64,000 bases of DNA from Candidatus Rokuibacteriota bacterium (GTDB lineage Bacteria > Methylomirabilota > Methylomirabilia > Rokubacteriales > CSP1-6): contig JACPCX010000175.1 in assembly GCA_016184305.1 (NCBI GenBank), positions 124 to 64,123 on the forward strand. The letters are read 5' to 3'. Shown here piece after piece: positions 19,943 through 29,027 of this stretch. Position 1 is the stretch's first letter. Every line of letters starts with the position of its first letter. The notes below the pieces were generated by a model. The model was not told where the DNA came from and made no database searches. It saw only the letters and a list, made by a program, of their open reading frames with translations. The position numbers and the translations under genes are program-made.

Positions 19943-20811
19943 TGGACAGGACGCATCACGTGCCGCTACCGACGGACGTGCAGGCGGCCGGGGAGAGGCG
20001 GGGCGCCGCCCTCGCCAAGCGCGTCCTCAGCACCCTGGTCCTCCTCCCCTTGTTTGTGGCCGTGGTGGTGGCCGGGCCGGTGTGGCTCTTCGGCGTGCTG
20101 ATCGTGCTCGTCTCGGCCGTGGGGCAGTGGGAGTTCACCGGGATGTTTGAGCGGGCGGGGGTCCGTCCCTTCCGGGCCCTGGGGCTGGCGGGCGGCGTCG
20201 TGGTCACGGCCAGCTTCGCCCTGCCCATGTCCGAGCGGCTGGCGCTCACCGCCGTGGTCCTGGCGGTCTTCACCGCGTCGCTCTGGGGACGCGACGGCGC
20301 CCGGATCGACTGGGGGCCGGCGGCCGTTACCCTGTTCGGTATCTGTTACGTCAACTGGTTGCTCGGCTACGGGTTCTGGCTGCGAGATCTGGAGGCCGGC
20401 CCCGAGTGGGTGCTGCTCCTGGTCTGGGTGACATGGGTTGGGGAGACCGCCGCCTATCTCGTCGGCTCTGCGGTCGGGAGGCGGAAGCTGGCCCCGGTGA
20501 TCAGCCCCCACAAGACGGTGGAGGGCGCCGTGGCCCAGCTGGTGGTGTCGGTGCTGGCGGCGCTGGCGGCCAGGGCGTGGTTCCTCGGGGCACTCACGCT
20601 CCGCGAGGCGGTGGTGGTGGGCCTGCTGCTGGGTGTCGCGGGCCAAATCGGCGACCTCGTGGAGTCGGCCATCAAGCGGAGCGTCGGGACCAAGGACACC
20701 GGGCGCGTCATCCCGGGCCACGGCGGTATCCTGGACCGGGTGGACAGCCTGCTCTTCAACGCCCCGGTGCTCTTCTACTATGTCACCTATGGGAGGCTCG
20801 CCGGCGCATGA
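19942..20811 (+). CDS. cdsA: phosphatidate cytidylyltransferase
   Basis: Multi-TM protein with 'ESAIKRSVGTKDTGRVIPGHGGILDRVDS'. The ATG overlaps the uppS stop by 1 nt. Confidence 0.9.
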   Translation: MDRTHHVPLPTDVQAAGERRGAALAKRVLSTLVLLPLFVAVVVAGPVWLFGVLIVLVSAVGQWEFTGMFERAGVRPFRALGLAGGVVVTASFALPMSERLALTAVVLAVFTASLWGRDGARIDWGPAAVTLFGICYVNWLLGYGFWLRDLEAGPEWVLLLVWVTWVGETAAYLVGSAVGRRKLAPVISPHKTVEGAVAQLVVSVLAALAARAWFLGALTLREAVVVGLLLGVAGQIGDLVESAIKRSVGTKDTGRVIPGHGGILDRVDSLLFNAPVLFYYVTYGRLAGA

Positions 20812-22013
20812 AGCGCGTCATCCTGCTGGGCGCGACGGGCTCCATCGGCCGCCGCACGCTCGAGCTGGTCGACCAGTTCCCGACCCGGTTCCGCGTCGAA
20901 GGGCTCGCGGCCCGCGGCTCCAACCCCGAGCTCATCGCCGACCTCTGCCTGAAGCACCGGCCGCGGGCTCTGGCGATCACCGATTCCCGGGCCGTGGACG
21001 CGGTCGTGCGGGCGCTGCCGCACCCCCGGCCGGAGATCTTCTCGGGCGCGTCGGGGCTCGTGACGCTCGCCTCGCAGGTGGACGCCGACGTGGTCCTCGC
21101 CGGCATCGTGGGCGGGGCAGGGCTCCTGCCGACGATGGCGGCCATCCAGTCGGGCAAGGCGATCGCGCTGGCCAACAAGGAAACGCTCGTGATGGCAGGC
21201 CCCCTCATGACCCACGCGGCCCGGGAGCGGCGGGTGCCGCTCTTGCCAGTGGACTCGGAGCACAGCGCCATCTTCCAGTGCCTCCAGGGGCACAACCGGT
21301 CCGAGGTGCACCGCATCCTCCTCACGGCCTCCGGGGGGCCCTTCCGGCGGCGGTCGAAGGCCGACCTGGCTCGCGTGACCGTCGAGGAGGCGCTCGAGCA
21401 CCCGACATGGAAGATGGGCGCCAAGATCACGGTGGACTCGGCCACGCTCATGAACAAGGGGCTCGAGGTGATCGAGGCCCGCTGGCTCTTCGACCTCGTG
21501 CCCGGCCAGGTGCAGGTGATCGTCCACCCCCAGTCCATCGTCCACTCCATGGTCGAGTACGTGGACGGCTCGGTGATCGCCCAGCTCGGCGTGGCCGACA
21601 TGGGGATCCCCATTCTCTACGCGCTGACCTACCCGAACCGTCTCCCCGGCGCCTCGGAGCGGCTCGATCTCACGCGCGTCGGGGCGCTGACCTTCGAGGA
21701 GCCCGATCTGGAGCGTTTCCCGTGCCTGGGCCTCGCGCGCCGAGCCCTCCTGGACGGCGACTGTGCGCCCGCCATCCTGAACGCTGCCAACGAGGTGGCC
21801 GTGGCCGCCTTCCTCGCGGGGCGCGTCCCGTTCACCCGGATCTCCGGGCTGATCGAGGAGGCGCTGGCGCGTGTCCCAGGCCGCCGGCTCACCGGCATTG
21901 ACGTGTGCGTCGAGGTGGACGGGGAAACGCGCCGGCGCGTGAGCGAATGGCTACCGGCCGGGAGTGGTCCTGCCGTCCGCGCAGCGGCCGGCGATGGAGG
22001 GGGAGGGCTGTGA
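20808..22013 (+). CDS. dxr: 1-deoxy-D-xylulose 5-phosphate reductoisomerase
   Basis: 'ILLGATGSIGRRTLE', 'LANKETLV', 'DSEHSAIFQCL', 'NKGLEVIEA'. ATGA overlap with cdsA. Confidence 0.95.
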   Translation: MKRVILLGATGSIGRRTLELVDQFPTRFRVEGLAARGSNPELIADLCLKHRPRALAITDSRAVDAVVRALPHPRPEIFSGASGLVTLASQVDADVVLAGIVGGAGLLPTMAAIQSGKAIALANKETLVMAGPLMTHAARERRVPLLPVDSEHSAIFQCLQGHNRSEVHRILLTASGGPFRRRSKADLARVTVEEALEHPTWKMGAKITVDSATLMNKGLEVIEARWLFDLVPGQVQVIVHPQSIVHSMVEYVDGSVIAQLGVADMGIPILYALTYPNRLPGASERLDLTRVGALTFEEPDLERFPCLGLARRALLDGDCAPAILNAANEVAVAAFLAGRVPFTRISGLIEEALARVPGRRLTGIDVCVEVDGETRRRVSEWLPAGSGPAVRAAAGDGGGGL

Positions 22014-23371
22014 CGACGATCCTGGCGTTCGTGGTGGTCATCGGGCTCCTGATCCTGATCCACGAGCTCGGCCACTTCATCGTGGCGCGGCTGTGCGGCG
22101 TGGGGGTGGAGCGCTTCTCCCTGGGCTTTGGCCCAGTTCTCTGGCGCTTCAAGGGCAAGGAGACCGAGTACTGCCTCTCCGCCATCCCCATGGGCGGATA
22201 CGTGAAGATGATGGGGGACGATGAGAACCCGCTGGAAGGCGGCAAGGGGGAGATCGCCGATCCCGCCAAGTCCTTCCACCTCAAGCCCCTCCTGGCGCGC
22301 TTCGTGATCGTGTTCGCCGGGCCGGGCATGAACTTCGTGCTGGCGGCGGTCATCGCCGCCCTGGTGTTCATGATCGCCGGCCAGCCGGTCTCCCCCGCCG
22401 TGCTGGGCCACCCGGCTCCGGACGGGCCGGCGGCGCGGGCGGGCCTCCGGCTGGGCGATCGCGTCGTCGCCGTGGGCGGGCAGCGGGTGCAGTACTGGGA
22501 GGATGTCCTGCGCGCCGTCCACGATGGGCGCGGGCGGCCGCTGGAGCTGACGGTGTCGAGCCCGGGGGGCGAGCGGACGGTCACCGTGACGCCCTCGCGC
22601 ACCACCGGGCGGGATGTATTCGGCGATGAGCGGGAGGCGTGGGACCTCGGGGTGCGCTCCTTCACGCCCGCCGCCATCGGTGCCGTGGTCGCGGGTTACC
22701 CGGCCGCCAAGGCCGGTCTCAGTCAGGGCGACACCGTGATCGCTATCGAGGGGAAGCCCGTCCTGTCCTGGGAGGATTTGGCCGAGGCGATCTACAAACG
22801 GGCGGGCCAGCCGACCCGCCTCGAGGTTCGCCGGGGCCAGGAGATTGTCGCGGTCTCGGTGGTGCCCACCCCCGTGAAGGACCGCGGCCCCGACGGCAAG
22901 GAGATCGAGGTCGGGCGCATCGGCATCTCTCCATCTCCCAGGGGGACCTACGTGCGCTCGAACCCCGCCGTGGCCATCTGGGAGGGCGCGACCTGGACGG
23001 CCTGGGTGACGCGACAGACGGGCGTCGGGCTGTACAAGATCGTGGTGGGGCAGATATCGAGCTCCAACATCGGGGGACCGATCCAGATCGCTCAGGCGGC
23101 CGGAGAACAGGCTCGTCAGGGGCTTTCCAGCTTGGCCTTGTTCACGGCGGTGATCAGCGTGAACCTGGCCTTGCTCAACCTCTTGCCGGTGCCCATGCTG
23201 GACGGCGGGCACCTGCTCTTCTTCGTGTGCGAGGGGGTCTTGAGGCGCCCGCTGTCGCTCCGAAAGCGGGAGGTGGCGCAGCAGGTGGGCTTCGTGCTGC
23301 TGATGCTCCTGATGGTGTATGCGGTCTACAACGACCTGGCGCGCATCGATGTCTTCAAGTTCTTTCGCTGA
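22010..23371 (+). CDS. rseP: RIP metalloprotease (site-2 protease)
   Basis: 'HELGHF' zinc site, a PDZ segment, and 'NLLPVPMLDGGH'. GTGA overlap with dxr. Confidence 0.92.
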   Translation: MTTILAFVVVIGLLILIHELGHFIVARLCGVGVERFSLGFGPVLWRFKGKETEYCLSAIPMGGYVKMMGDDENPLEGGKGEIADPAKSFHLKPLLARFVIVFAGPGMNFVLAAVIAALVFMIAGQPVSPAVLGHPAPDGPAARAGLRLGDRVVAVGGQRVQYWEDVLRAVHDGRGRPLELTVSSPGGERTVTVTPSRTTGRDVFGDEREAWDLGVRSFTPAAIGAVVAGYPAAKAGLSQGDTVIAIEGKPVLSWEDLAEAIYKRAGQPTRLEVRRGQEIVAVSVVPTPVKDRGPDGKEIEVGRIGISPSPRGTYVRSNPAVAIWEGATWTAWVTRQTGVGLYKIVVGQISSSNIGGPIQIAQAAGEQARQGLSSLALFTAVISVNLALLNLLPVPMLDGGHLLFFVCEGVLRRPLSLRKREVAQQVGFVLLMLLMVYAVYNDLARIDVFKFFR

Positions 23372-23423
23372 GCATCCGGCCGGGGCGGCGCAGCCGCTCG
23401 GCGGGGTGGAGGGAGCGCGATCC

Positions 23424-24515
23424 ATGTTTGAACGGCGCAAGACCCGGCAGATCGAGCTGGGCACGCTCAAGGTGGGAGGCGACGCTCCCGTCACCGTGCA
23501 GTCGATGACGAAGACCGACACCCGCAACGTGGAGGCCACCCTGCTGCAGATCTGGGCCCTCGAGGCGGCGGGCTGCGACATCGTCCGCTGCGCCGTGCCG
23601 GTCAAGGAAGCGGCGGAAAAGCTCGGGGAGATCAAGCGGCAGATCCGGATCCCTCTCGTGGCCGACATCCACTTCAACTACCGGCTCGCGCTCATCGCCC
23701 TCGATCAGGGTGTGGATGGCCTGCGGCTCAACCCCGGCAACATCGGCGGCAAGCAGATCGTCATGGAGGTGGTCGCCGCCGCCAAGGAGCGGAAGATCCC
23801 GATCCGGATCGGCGTCAACGGCGGCTCCCTCGAGAAGGACCTGCTGGCCACGTATGGCGGGCCCACGGCCCAGGGCATCGTGGAGTCGGCGCTCCGTCAC
23901 ATCCGCATTCTGGAAGACTGCAATTACCCGGAGATGAAGGTCTCGCTGAAGGCGTCGGACCCGGCGATGATGATCGAGGCGTATCGCCTGCTGGCAGACC
24001 AGGTGGAGTATCCCTTCCACCTGGGAGTGACCGAGGCCGGCACTCCGGGCGTCGGCACCATCAAGTCCGCCGTGGGGCTCGGGACGCTCCTGGCCGAGGG
24101 GATCGGCGACACCATCCGCGTCTCCCTGTCGGCGGACCCGACGGAGGAGGTGCGGGTCGGGATCGACATCCTCAAGGCGCTGGGCCTGCGCCAGGGCGGG
24201 CTCACCTTCGTCTCGTGCCCCTCGTGCGGGCGCGCGGACGTGGACCTCGTGGCGCTGGCCAAGGCGTGCGAGGACAAGCTCCGGGGGCTCAACGAGGAGA
24301 TCCACGTGGCCGTCATGGGCTGCGAGGTCAACGGCCCAGGCGAGGCGCGGGCCGCCGACATCGGCGTGGCCGGGGGCAAAGGCGTCGGCCTGATCTTCCG
24401 GAAGGGCGAGGTCGTCCGGAAGGTGCCCGAGGCGCAGATCGTGGATGCCATGTGGGAAGAGGTGGAGTCGTTCATCGCAGAGAGGAAGGCCGCCGAGGGC
24501 GCGGCGGGGCCATAG
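23424..24515 (+). CDS. ispG: 4-hydroxy-3-methylbut-2-en-1-yl diphosphate synthase
   Basis: 'VTVQSMTKTDT', 'VRCAVP', and cluster Cys 'SCPSCGR...MGCEVNGPGEA'. Confidence 0.95.
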   Translation: MFERRKTRQIELGTLKVGGDAPVTVQSMTKTDTRNVEATLLQIWALEAAGCDIVRCAVPVKEAAEKLGEIKRQIRIPLVADIHFNYRLALIALDQGVDGLRLNPGNIGGKQIVMEVVAAAKERKIPIRIGVNGGSLEKDLLATYGGPTAQGIVESALRHIRILEDCNYPEMKVSLKASDPAMMIEAYRLLADQVEYPFHLGVTEAGTPGVGTIKSAVGLGTLLAEGIGDTIRVSLSADPTEEVRVGIDILKALGLRQGGLTFVSCPSCGRADVDLVALAKACEDKLRGLNEEIHVAVMGCEVNGPGEARAADIGVAGGKGVGLIFRKGEVVRKVPEAQIVDAMWEEVESFIAERKAAEGAAGP

Positions 24516-24526
24516 GAGCGGGGTCC

Positions 24527-24859
24527 GTGGGACAGTACGAGCGGCACGTGTTCGTCTGCACCTCCGGGAAGACCTGCCCGACCCAGGGCGACGTGGAGAA
24601 GTACGTCAAGGCCCTGCGCACGGGTGTGGCCGCGGCCGGGAAGCGACAAGAGATCCGGATCAACAAGGCCGGGTGTTTCTCCCAGTGCGGACACGGGCCC
24701 ATGATCGTCGTCTATCCCGAGAATGTCTGGTACGGGGGCGTGCAGGAATCGGACCTCCAGGAGATCCTCGAATCCCACATCCTCGGTGGCACGCCCGTCA
24801 AGCGGTTGGTCTACGACCCCGGCGTCCCGGGGCCCAACAAGCGCCCGGAGGGCCGGTAG
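24527..24859 (+). CDS. thioredoxin-like [2Fe-2S] ferredoxin
   Basis: 110 aa. 'HVFVCTSGKTC' and 'AGCFSQCGHGPMIVVYPENVWY' give the four-Cys pattern of the TRX-like ferredoxin family. GTG start 11 nt after the ispG stop. Confidence 0.8.
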   Translation: MGQYERHVFVCTSGKTCPTQGDVEKYVKALRTGVAAAGKRQEIRINKAGCFSQCGHGPMIVVYPENVWYGGVQESDLQEILESHILGGTPVKRLVYDPGVPGPNKRPEGR

Positions 24860-24864
24860 CGTCC

Positions 24865-26568
24865 ATGCGCTGGAGCCGATCGCTCATTCCCACACTCAAG
24901 GAAGACCCCGCAGATGCGGAGGCCATCAGTCACAAGCTCATGGTGCGCGCCGGGCTGGTGCGGCAGCTGGCGGCGGGGATTTACGTGTACCTGCCGGTGG
25001 GCCTTCGCATCCTGAACAAGGTCAACACCATCATCCGCGAGGAGATGAACGCCATCGGGGGCCAGGAGCTGACGATGCCGGTACTCCACCCAGCGGAGAT
25101 CTGGCAGCAGTCCGGCCGCTGGGATGCGATCGGCGGTGAGATGTTCCGGCTCAAGGACCGCAACCAGCGGGACATGTGTCTCGGCATGACCCACGAGGAG
25201 GTCGTCGCGTGGCTCGCGGCTCACGAGATCCGCTCCTATCGGGACCTCCCCCAGGTCTGGTATCAGATCCAGACCAAGGAACGCGACGAGGCCCGGCCCC
25301 GCTCGGGCGTGCTTCGAACACGCGAATTCCTGATGAAGGACTCCTACACGCTGGATCCGGACCACGCTGCGCTGGACAAGTCCTACAACGATCACAAAGG
25401 CGCGTACTGCCGCATCTTCGACCGCTGCGGCATCGAGTACGTGGTGGTGGACTCGGACCCCGGCATGATGGGCGGCTCGGGCTCCCACGAGTTCATGGCG
25501 CCGAGCGCGGCCGGTGAGGACGACGTCGCGCTCTGCGACGGGTGCGGGTATGCGGCCAACGTCGAGCTGGCCCGGGGCGTTCCGGTGCAGGGGGTGCCGC
25601 CGGCGTGGACATTCGGGGAGGTGGCCACGCCCGAGGCCCGGACCATCGCCGAGGTCTGCGCGCTCCTCGGGATCGAGCCGGCGGTGACCATCAAGTCGCT
25701 GGTCTTCATGGGGCCGGAGGGCCCGGTACTGGCCCTGGTCAGGGGCGACCACGCGCTGCACGAGCGGAAGCTCGCGCGCGCGCTCCGCGCGGAGCCGCGT
25801 CCCGCCCAGGCCGACGAGGTGCGGGAGCATCTCGGGGTGCCGGTCGGGTTCGTCGGGCCCGTCAAGGTCAGCGGCGTGAGCCGCATCGTGGCCGACGAGT
25901 CGCTCCGGCAGGGGAGCTACGCAACCGGAGCCAACCGTGATGGCTGCCACCTCACCGGTGTCGTTCCGGGCCGCGATTTCCAGTGCGAGTGGGCCGACCT
26001 GCAGACCGTCCTGCCGGGAGACGCCTGCCCCTCATGTGGACTTCCGCTCCGGGTGGCACGGGTCATCGAGGTGGGGAACATCTTCAAGCTGGGCACCAAG
26101 TACTCCGTCCCGCTCGGCGCGGTCTATCTCGACGAGCAGGGTCGGGAGCGGCCGATCGTCATGGGCTCCTATGGCATCGGGCCGGCGCGGATCGCAGCGG
26201 CTGCCGTCGAGCAGCGCCACGACGCGGATGGCATCATCTGGCCGTGGAGCATCGCGCCCTTTCAGGTGCATCTGATTCCCGTGGCCATCCGGGACGCGGT
26301 CCAGGCCAGTGCCGCCGAGGAGATCTACCGGGATCTCACGGGGGCGGGCTTCGAGGTGCTCATGGACGATCGCGACGAGCGTGCCGGCGTGAAGTTCAAG
26401 AATGCCGACCTCCTGGGCGTCCCCATCCGTGTCACGGTGGGACAGGGGTTCATCAAGGAAGGGCTGGTGGAGATCCGCGAGCGGGGGACCCGCAGGGAGC
26501 GGCGGGTGACGCGGGCGGAGGTGGTCGCGACGGTCGGAGACGTCGGCAGAGAGCTGTCCGGAGGCTGA
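24865..26568 (+). CDS. proS: proline--tRNA ligase
   Basis: 'MVRAGLVRQLAAGIYVYLPVG', 'PRSGVLRTREFLMKD', 'GSYGIGPARI'. 567 aa from the ATG at 24865. Confidence 0.96.
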   Translation: MRWSRSLIPTLKEDPADAEAISHKLMVRAGLVRQLAAGIYVYLPVGLRILNKVNTIIREEMNAIGGQELTMPVLHPAEIWQQSGRWDAIGGEMFRLKDRNQRDMCLGMTHEEVVAWLAAHEIRSYRDLPQVWYQIQTKERDEARPRSGVLRTREFLMKDSYTLDPDHAALDKSYNDHKGAYCRIFDRCGIEYVVVDSDPGMMGGSGSHEFMAPSAAGEDDVALCDGCGYAANVELARGVPVQGVPPAWTFGEVATPEARTIAEVCALLGIEPAVTIKSLVFMGPEGPVLALVRGDHALHERKLARALRAEPRPAQADEVREHLGVPVGFVGPVKVSGVSRIVADESLRQGSYATGANRDGCHLTGVVPGRDFQCEWADLQTVLPGDACPSCGLPLRVARVIEVGNIFKLGTKYSVPLGAVYLDEQGRERPIVMGSYGIGPARIAAAAVEQRHDADGIIWPWSIAPFQVHLIPVAIRDAVQASAAEEIYRDLTGAGFEVLMDDRDERAGVKFKNADLLGVPIRVTVGQGFIKEGLVEIRERGTRRERRVTRAEVVATVGDVGRELSGG

Positions 26569-26619
26569 TCGCGCCGAGCTCCCTTGCAGGAGTGCCTCGG
26601 CGTGTGCTAAGGTGTCGTC

Positions 26620-26646
26620 AAAAGTGGGCGAAGCCCACTTTTTTTT
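26620..26646 (+). terminator. canonical intrinsic terminator (also readable on the opposite strand)
   Basis: AAAAGTGGGC-GAA-GCCCACTTTT followed by TTTT. 10-bp stem, 3-nt loop, and an 8-T run, with a 4-A tract on the 5' side. Confidence 0.85.
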
Positions 26647-26665
26647 CTGACGTTTTCCTGGGGGG

Positions 26666-27169
26666 TTGTGGGCCGTGAGTGACCCGGAAGGCCGGCTCGG
26701 GCGCATCGAGGCTGTGCTGTCCCCGGTCGTGCAGGAGCACGGGCTCTCGCTGGTGGACGCTGAATGGCGCAGGGAAGGCCGGCGGTGGGTGCTCCGGTTG
26801 TTCGTGGACAAGCCCGGGGGGGTCACGATCGCCGACTGCCAGCGTCTGAGCCACGAGGCGGGTGACATGCTCGATGTCTCCGGCCTCCTCGAGGAGGCCT
26901 ACGACCTCGAGGTGTCCTCTCCGGGATTGGACCGCGAGTTGCGGAAGGACCGGGAGTTCGCCTGGGCGATCGGCAAGGAACTGCGGTGCTGGGTGCGCGA
27001 GCCCGTCGGCGGGCGCACCGAGTTCTGCGGTCGGCTGGTGGCGGTCACGGCCGGAGAGGTGATCGTCGAGGATGCACAGGGGGAGACGAGCATGCTGCCG
27101 CGCCATCTCGTGACCAAGGCGCGCCTGGTGCCCGTGTCCGCCGGCCGGCGGGCGCAGCAGGGGCGATGA
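26666..27169 (+). CDS. rimP: ribosome maturation factor RimP
   Basis: 'LVDAEWRREGRRWVLRLFVDKPGGVTIADCQRLSH...YDLEVSSPGLDREL'. The start is TTG at 26666 or GTG at 26675. Confidence 0.9.
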   Translation: MWAVSDPEGRLGRIEAVLSPVVQEHGLSLVDAEWRREGRRWVLRLFVDKPGGVTIADCQRLSHEAGDMLDVSGLLEEAYDLEVSSPGLDRELRKDREFAWAIGKELRCWVREPVGGRTEFCGRLVAVTAGEVIVEDAQGETSMLPRHLVTKARLVPVSAGRRAQQGR

Positions 27170-28593
27170 TCAACAAAGAGCTCATCTACGTGATCCAGCA
27201 GATCGGCAACGAGAAGGGGATCGGGACCGAGGTCCTCTTCGAGGCGCTGGAGTCCGCCCTGCTCTCGGCGTCCAAGAAGACCATGGGCGCCGCCGACAAC
27301 GTGCGGATGCATCTGAACCGGCAAACGGGCGCCCTCCAGGTTTTCGCCCGGAAGAGGGTTGTGGCGGAGGTCTCCGATCCGACGCTCGAGATCAGCGTGG
27401 CCGAGGCCCGGGCGCTGAACAGCGATGCGCGGCTGGAGGACGAGCTCGAACTGGAGCTGCCGCACAAGGAGTTCGGGCGCATTGCCGCGCAGACGGCGAA
27501 GCAGGTGATCCTCCAGCGGGTCCGCGACGCCGAGCGCGACGCGATCTACGCGGAGTTCATCGACAAGGAAGGCAAGATCGCCCGGGGCGTCGTGCACCGC
27601 ATCGAGAAGCGCAACGTCATCGTGGAGCTCGGCAAGACCGAGGGCGTGATCCCGGAGCGCGAGCAGATCCCGGGAGAGCGCTACAACCCCGGCGATCGGG
27701 TGCGGGCGTACGTGCTGGAGGTCAAGAAGACGGCCAAGGGCCCGCAGATCATGCTGTCCCGGACCCACCCGGGGCTGCTGGCGCGGCTCTTCGAGGCCGA
27801 GATCCCGGAGATCGCCGAGGGCATCGTGCAGGTGCGGGCGGCGGCACGGGAGCCCGGCGAGCGGGCGAAGGTGGCCGTCGCCTCCACCAAGCGCGACGTG
27901 GACCCGATCGGCGCCTGCGTCGGGCTTCGCGGCACGCGCATCCAGGTCATCAGCCGCGAGTTGCGCGGGGAGAAGATCGACATCGTGGAGTGGTCGGCCG
28001 ATCCCGCCACGTTCGTGGGCCGGGCGCTCTCCCCCGCGAAGGTGGCGTCGGTCACGGTGGGCGATCTCGAGGAGCAGGGCGATCACCGCTCCGTCCTCGT
28101 GGTGGTGCCGGACAACCAGCTCTCCCTCGCCATCGGCAAGCGCGGCCAGAACGCCCGCCTCGCCGCCAAGCTCACCGGTCTCCGGGTCGACATCAAGAGC
28201 GAGACCGAGGTGGAGGAGGAGCGGCGCCGCGAGGAGGAGGAGCGGATCCTCGGACGGGAGGCGCTGGTCGAGCTTCCCGGCGTGGGGCCGCAGCTCGTCG
28301 AGCGCCTCGTCGAGGCGGGGCTGTCCTCGCCCGCTCGCATCGTGCGCGGAGGCCTGAGCGCTCTGGAGACCGTGCCCGGGGTCGGCGAGAAAAAGGCCAC
28401 CAGCCTGCTCGCGTCAGCCACGCAGTGGCTGGCCCAGCATCCCGCGCCCCAGCCCGTTTCCGAGGCGGAGGCCGCTGCCGGCGAGGCCGCGCTGGAGACG
28501 GAACCCGAGGGGCAACCGCGCGTCGAGGAGGGCGCGGAGAGTGCGGGGGAGGGCAGCACTGCGGAACATCCCCCCCGCGCCTCGACGGGGTGA
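27166..28593 (+). CDS. nusA: transcription termination/antitermination factor NusA
   Basis: '[15 protein letters not shown]', S1/KH segments, '[28 protein letters not shown]'. ATGA overlap with rimP. Confidence 0.96.
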   Translation: MINKELIYVIQQIGNEKGIGTEVLFEALESALLSASKKTMGAADNVRMHLNRQTGALQVFARKRVVAEVSDPTLEISVAEARALNSDARLEDELELELPHKEFGRIAAQTAKQVILQRVRDAERDAIYAEFIDKEGKIARGVVHRIEKRNVIVELGKTEGVIPEREQIPGERYNPGDRVRAYVLEVKKTAKGPQIMLSRTHPGLLARLFEAEIPEIAEGIVQVRAAAREPGERAKVAVASTKRDVDPIGACVGLRGTRIQVISRELRGEKIDIVEWSADPATFVGRALSPAKVASVTVGDLEEQGDHRSVLVVVPDNQLSLAIGKRGQNARLAAKLTGLRVDIKSETEVEEERRREEEERILGREALVELPGVGPQLVERLVEAGLSSPARIVRGGLSALETVPGVGEKKATSLLASATQWLAQHPAPQPVSEAEAAAGEAALETEPEGQPRVEEGAESAGEGSTAEHPPRASTG

Positions 28594-28877
28594 GAGCGGG
28601 ACCCGGGCGGACCTGTCTCGGGTGTCGGCAGGTTCGCCCCAAGGCAGCGCTCCTCCGGCTGAGTCGAGGCGAAGATGGTCGGGCGCAGGTGGGTGCGACG
28701 GGTACAGGGCGCGGCGCCTATGTGTGCCCGTCGGAGGAGTGCCTGGGGCGGGCGCTCAGCAAGGGCCGGCTCGGTCACGCCTTCAAGCGGGCGACAGAGC
28801 CGCCCGCTGACGCTCCGGCCACGATCCTGGCCACGGCCCTTGGGGGAGTGCGGGGGCCATTTCTGGGCCCCCGCTGA
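28590..28877 (+). CDS. ylxR: YlxR/DUF448 family protein
   Basis: '[18 protein letters not shown]' and 'GRGAYVC'. GTGA overlap with nusA. The stop codon lies inside the first copy of the downstream repeat. Confidence 0.85.
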   Translation: MRAGPGRTCLGCRQVRPKAALLRLSRGEDGRAQVGATGTGRGAYVCPSEECLGRALSKGRLGHAFKRATEPPADAPATILATALGGVRGPFLGPR

Positions 28878-28952
28878 TGGTAGAGAGTGGAGCCTGAGGC
28901 CTGGCGGGGGGTGAAGGCATGGCGGGGGCCATTTCTGGGCCCCCGCTGATGG
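28850..28952. repeat. tandem repeat (72-nt period) carrying a GGGGGCC-ATTTCTG-GGCCCCC hairpin
   Basis: An identical 31-mer GCGGGGGCCATTTCTGGGCCCCCGCTGATGG occurs at 28850-28880 and 28922-28952. A degenerate third copy lies around 28985-29010. Confidence 0.7.
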
Positions 28953-29027
28953 GAGCGAGTCGAGCCCGAGGGCTCGTGCGATGTGCAGGCATGCGGGGCA
29001 GGATTCCGGGCAAGGGGGAGACAGGCT

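Noticed and set aside
21629-23677. 682-aa minus-strand ORF
   Set aside because: It is antisense to rseP/ispG, with a compositionally biased translation and no motifs.
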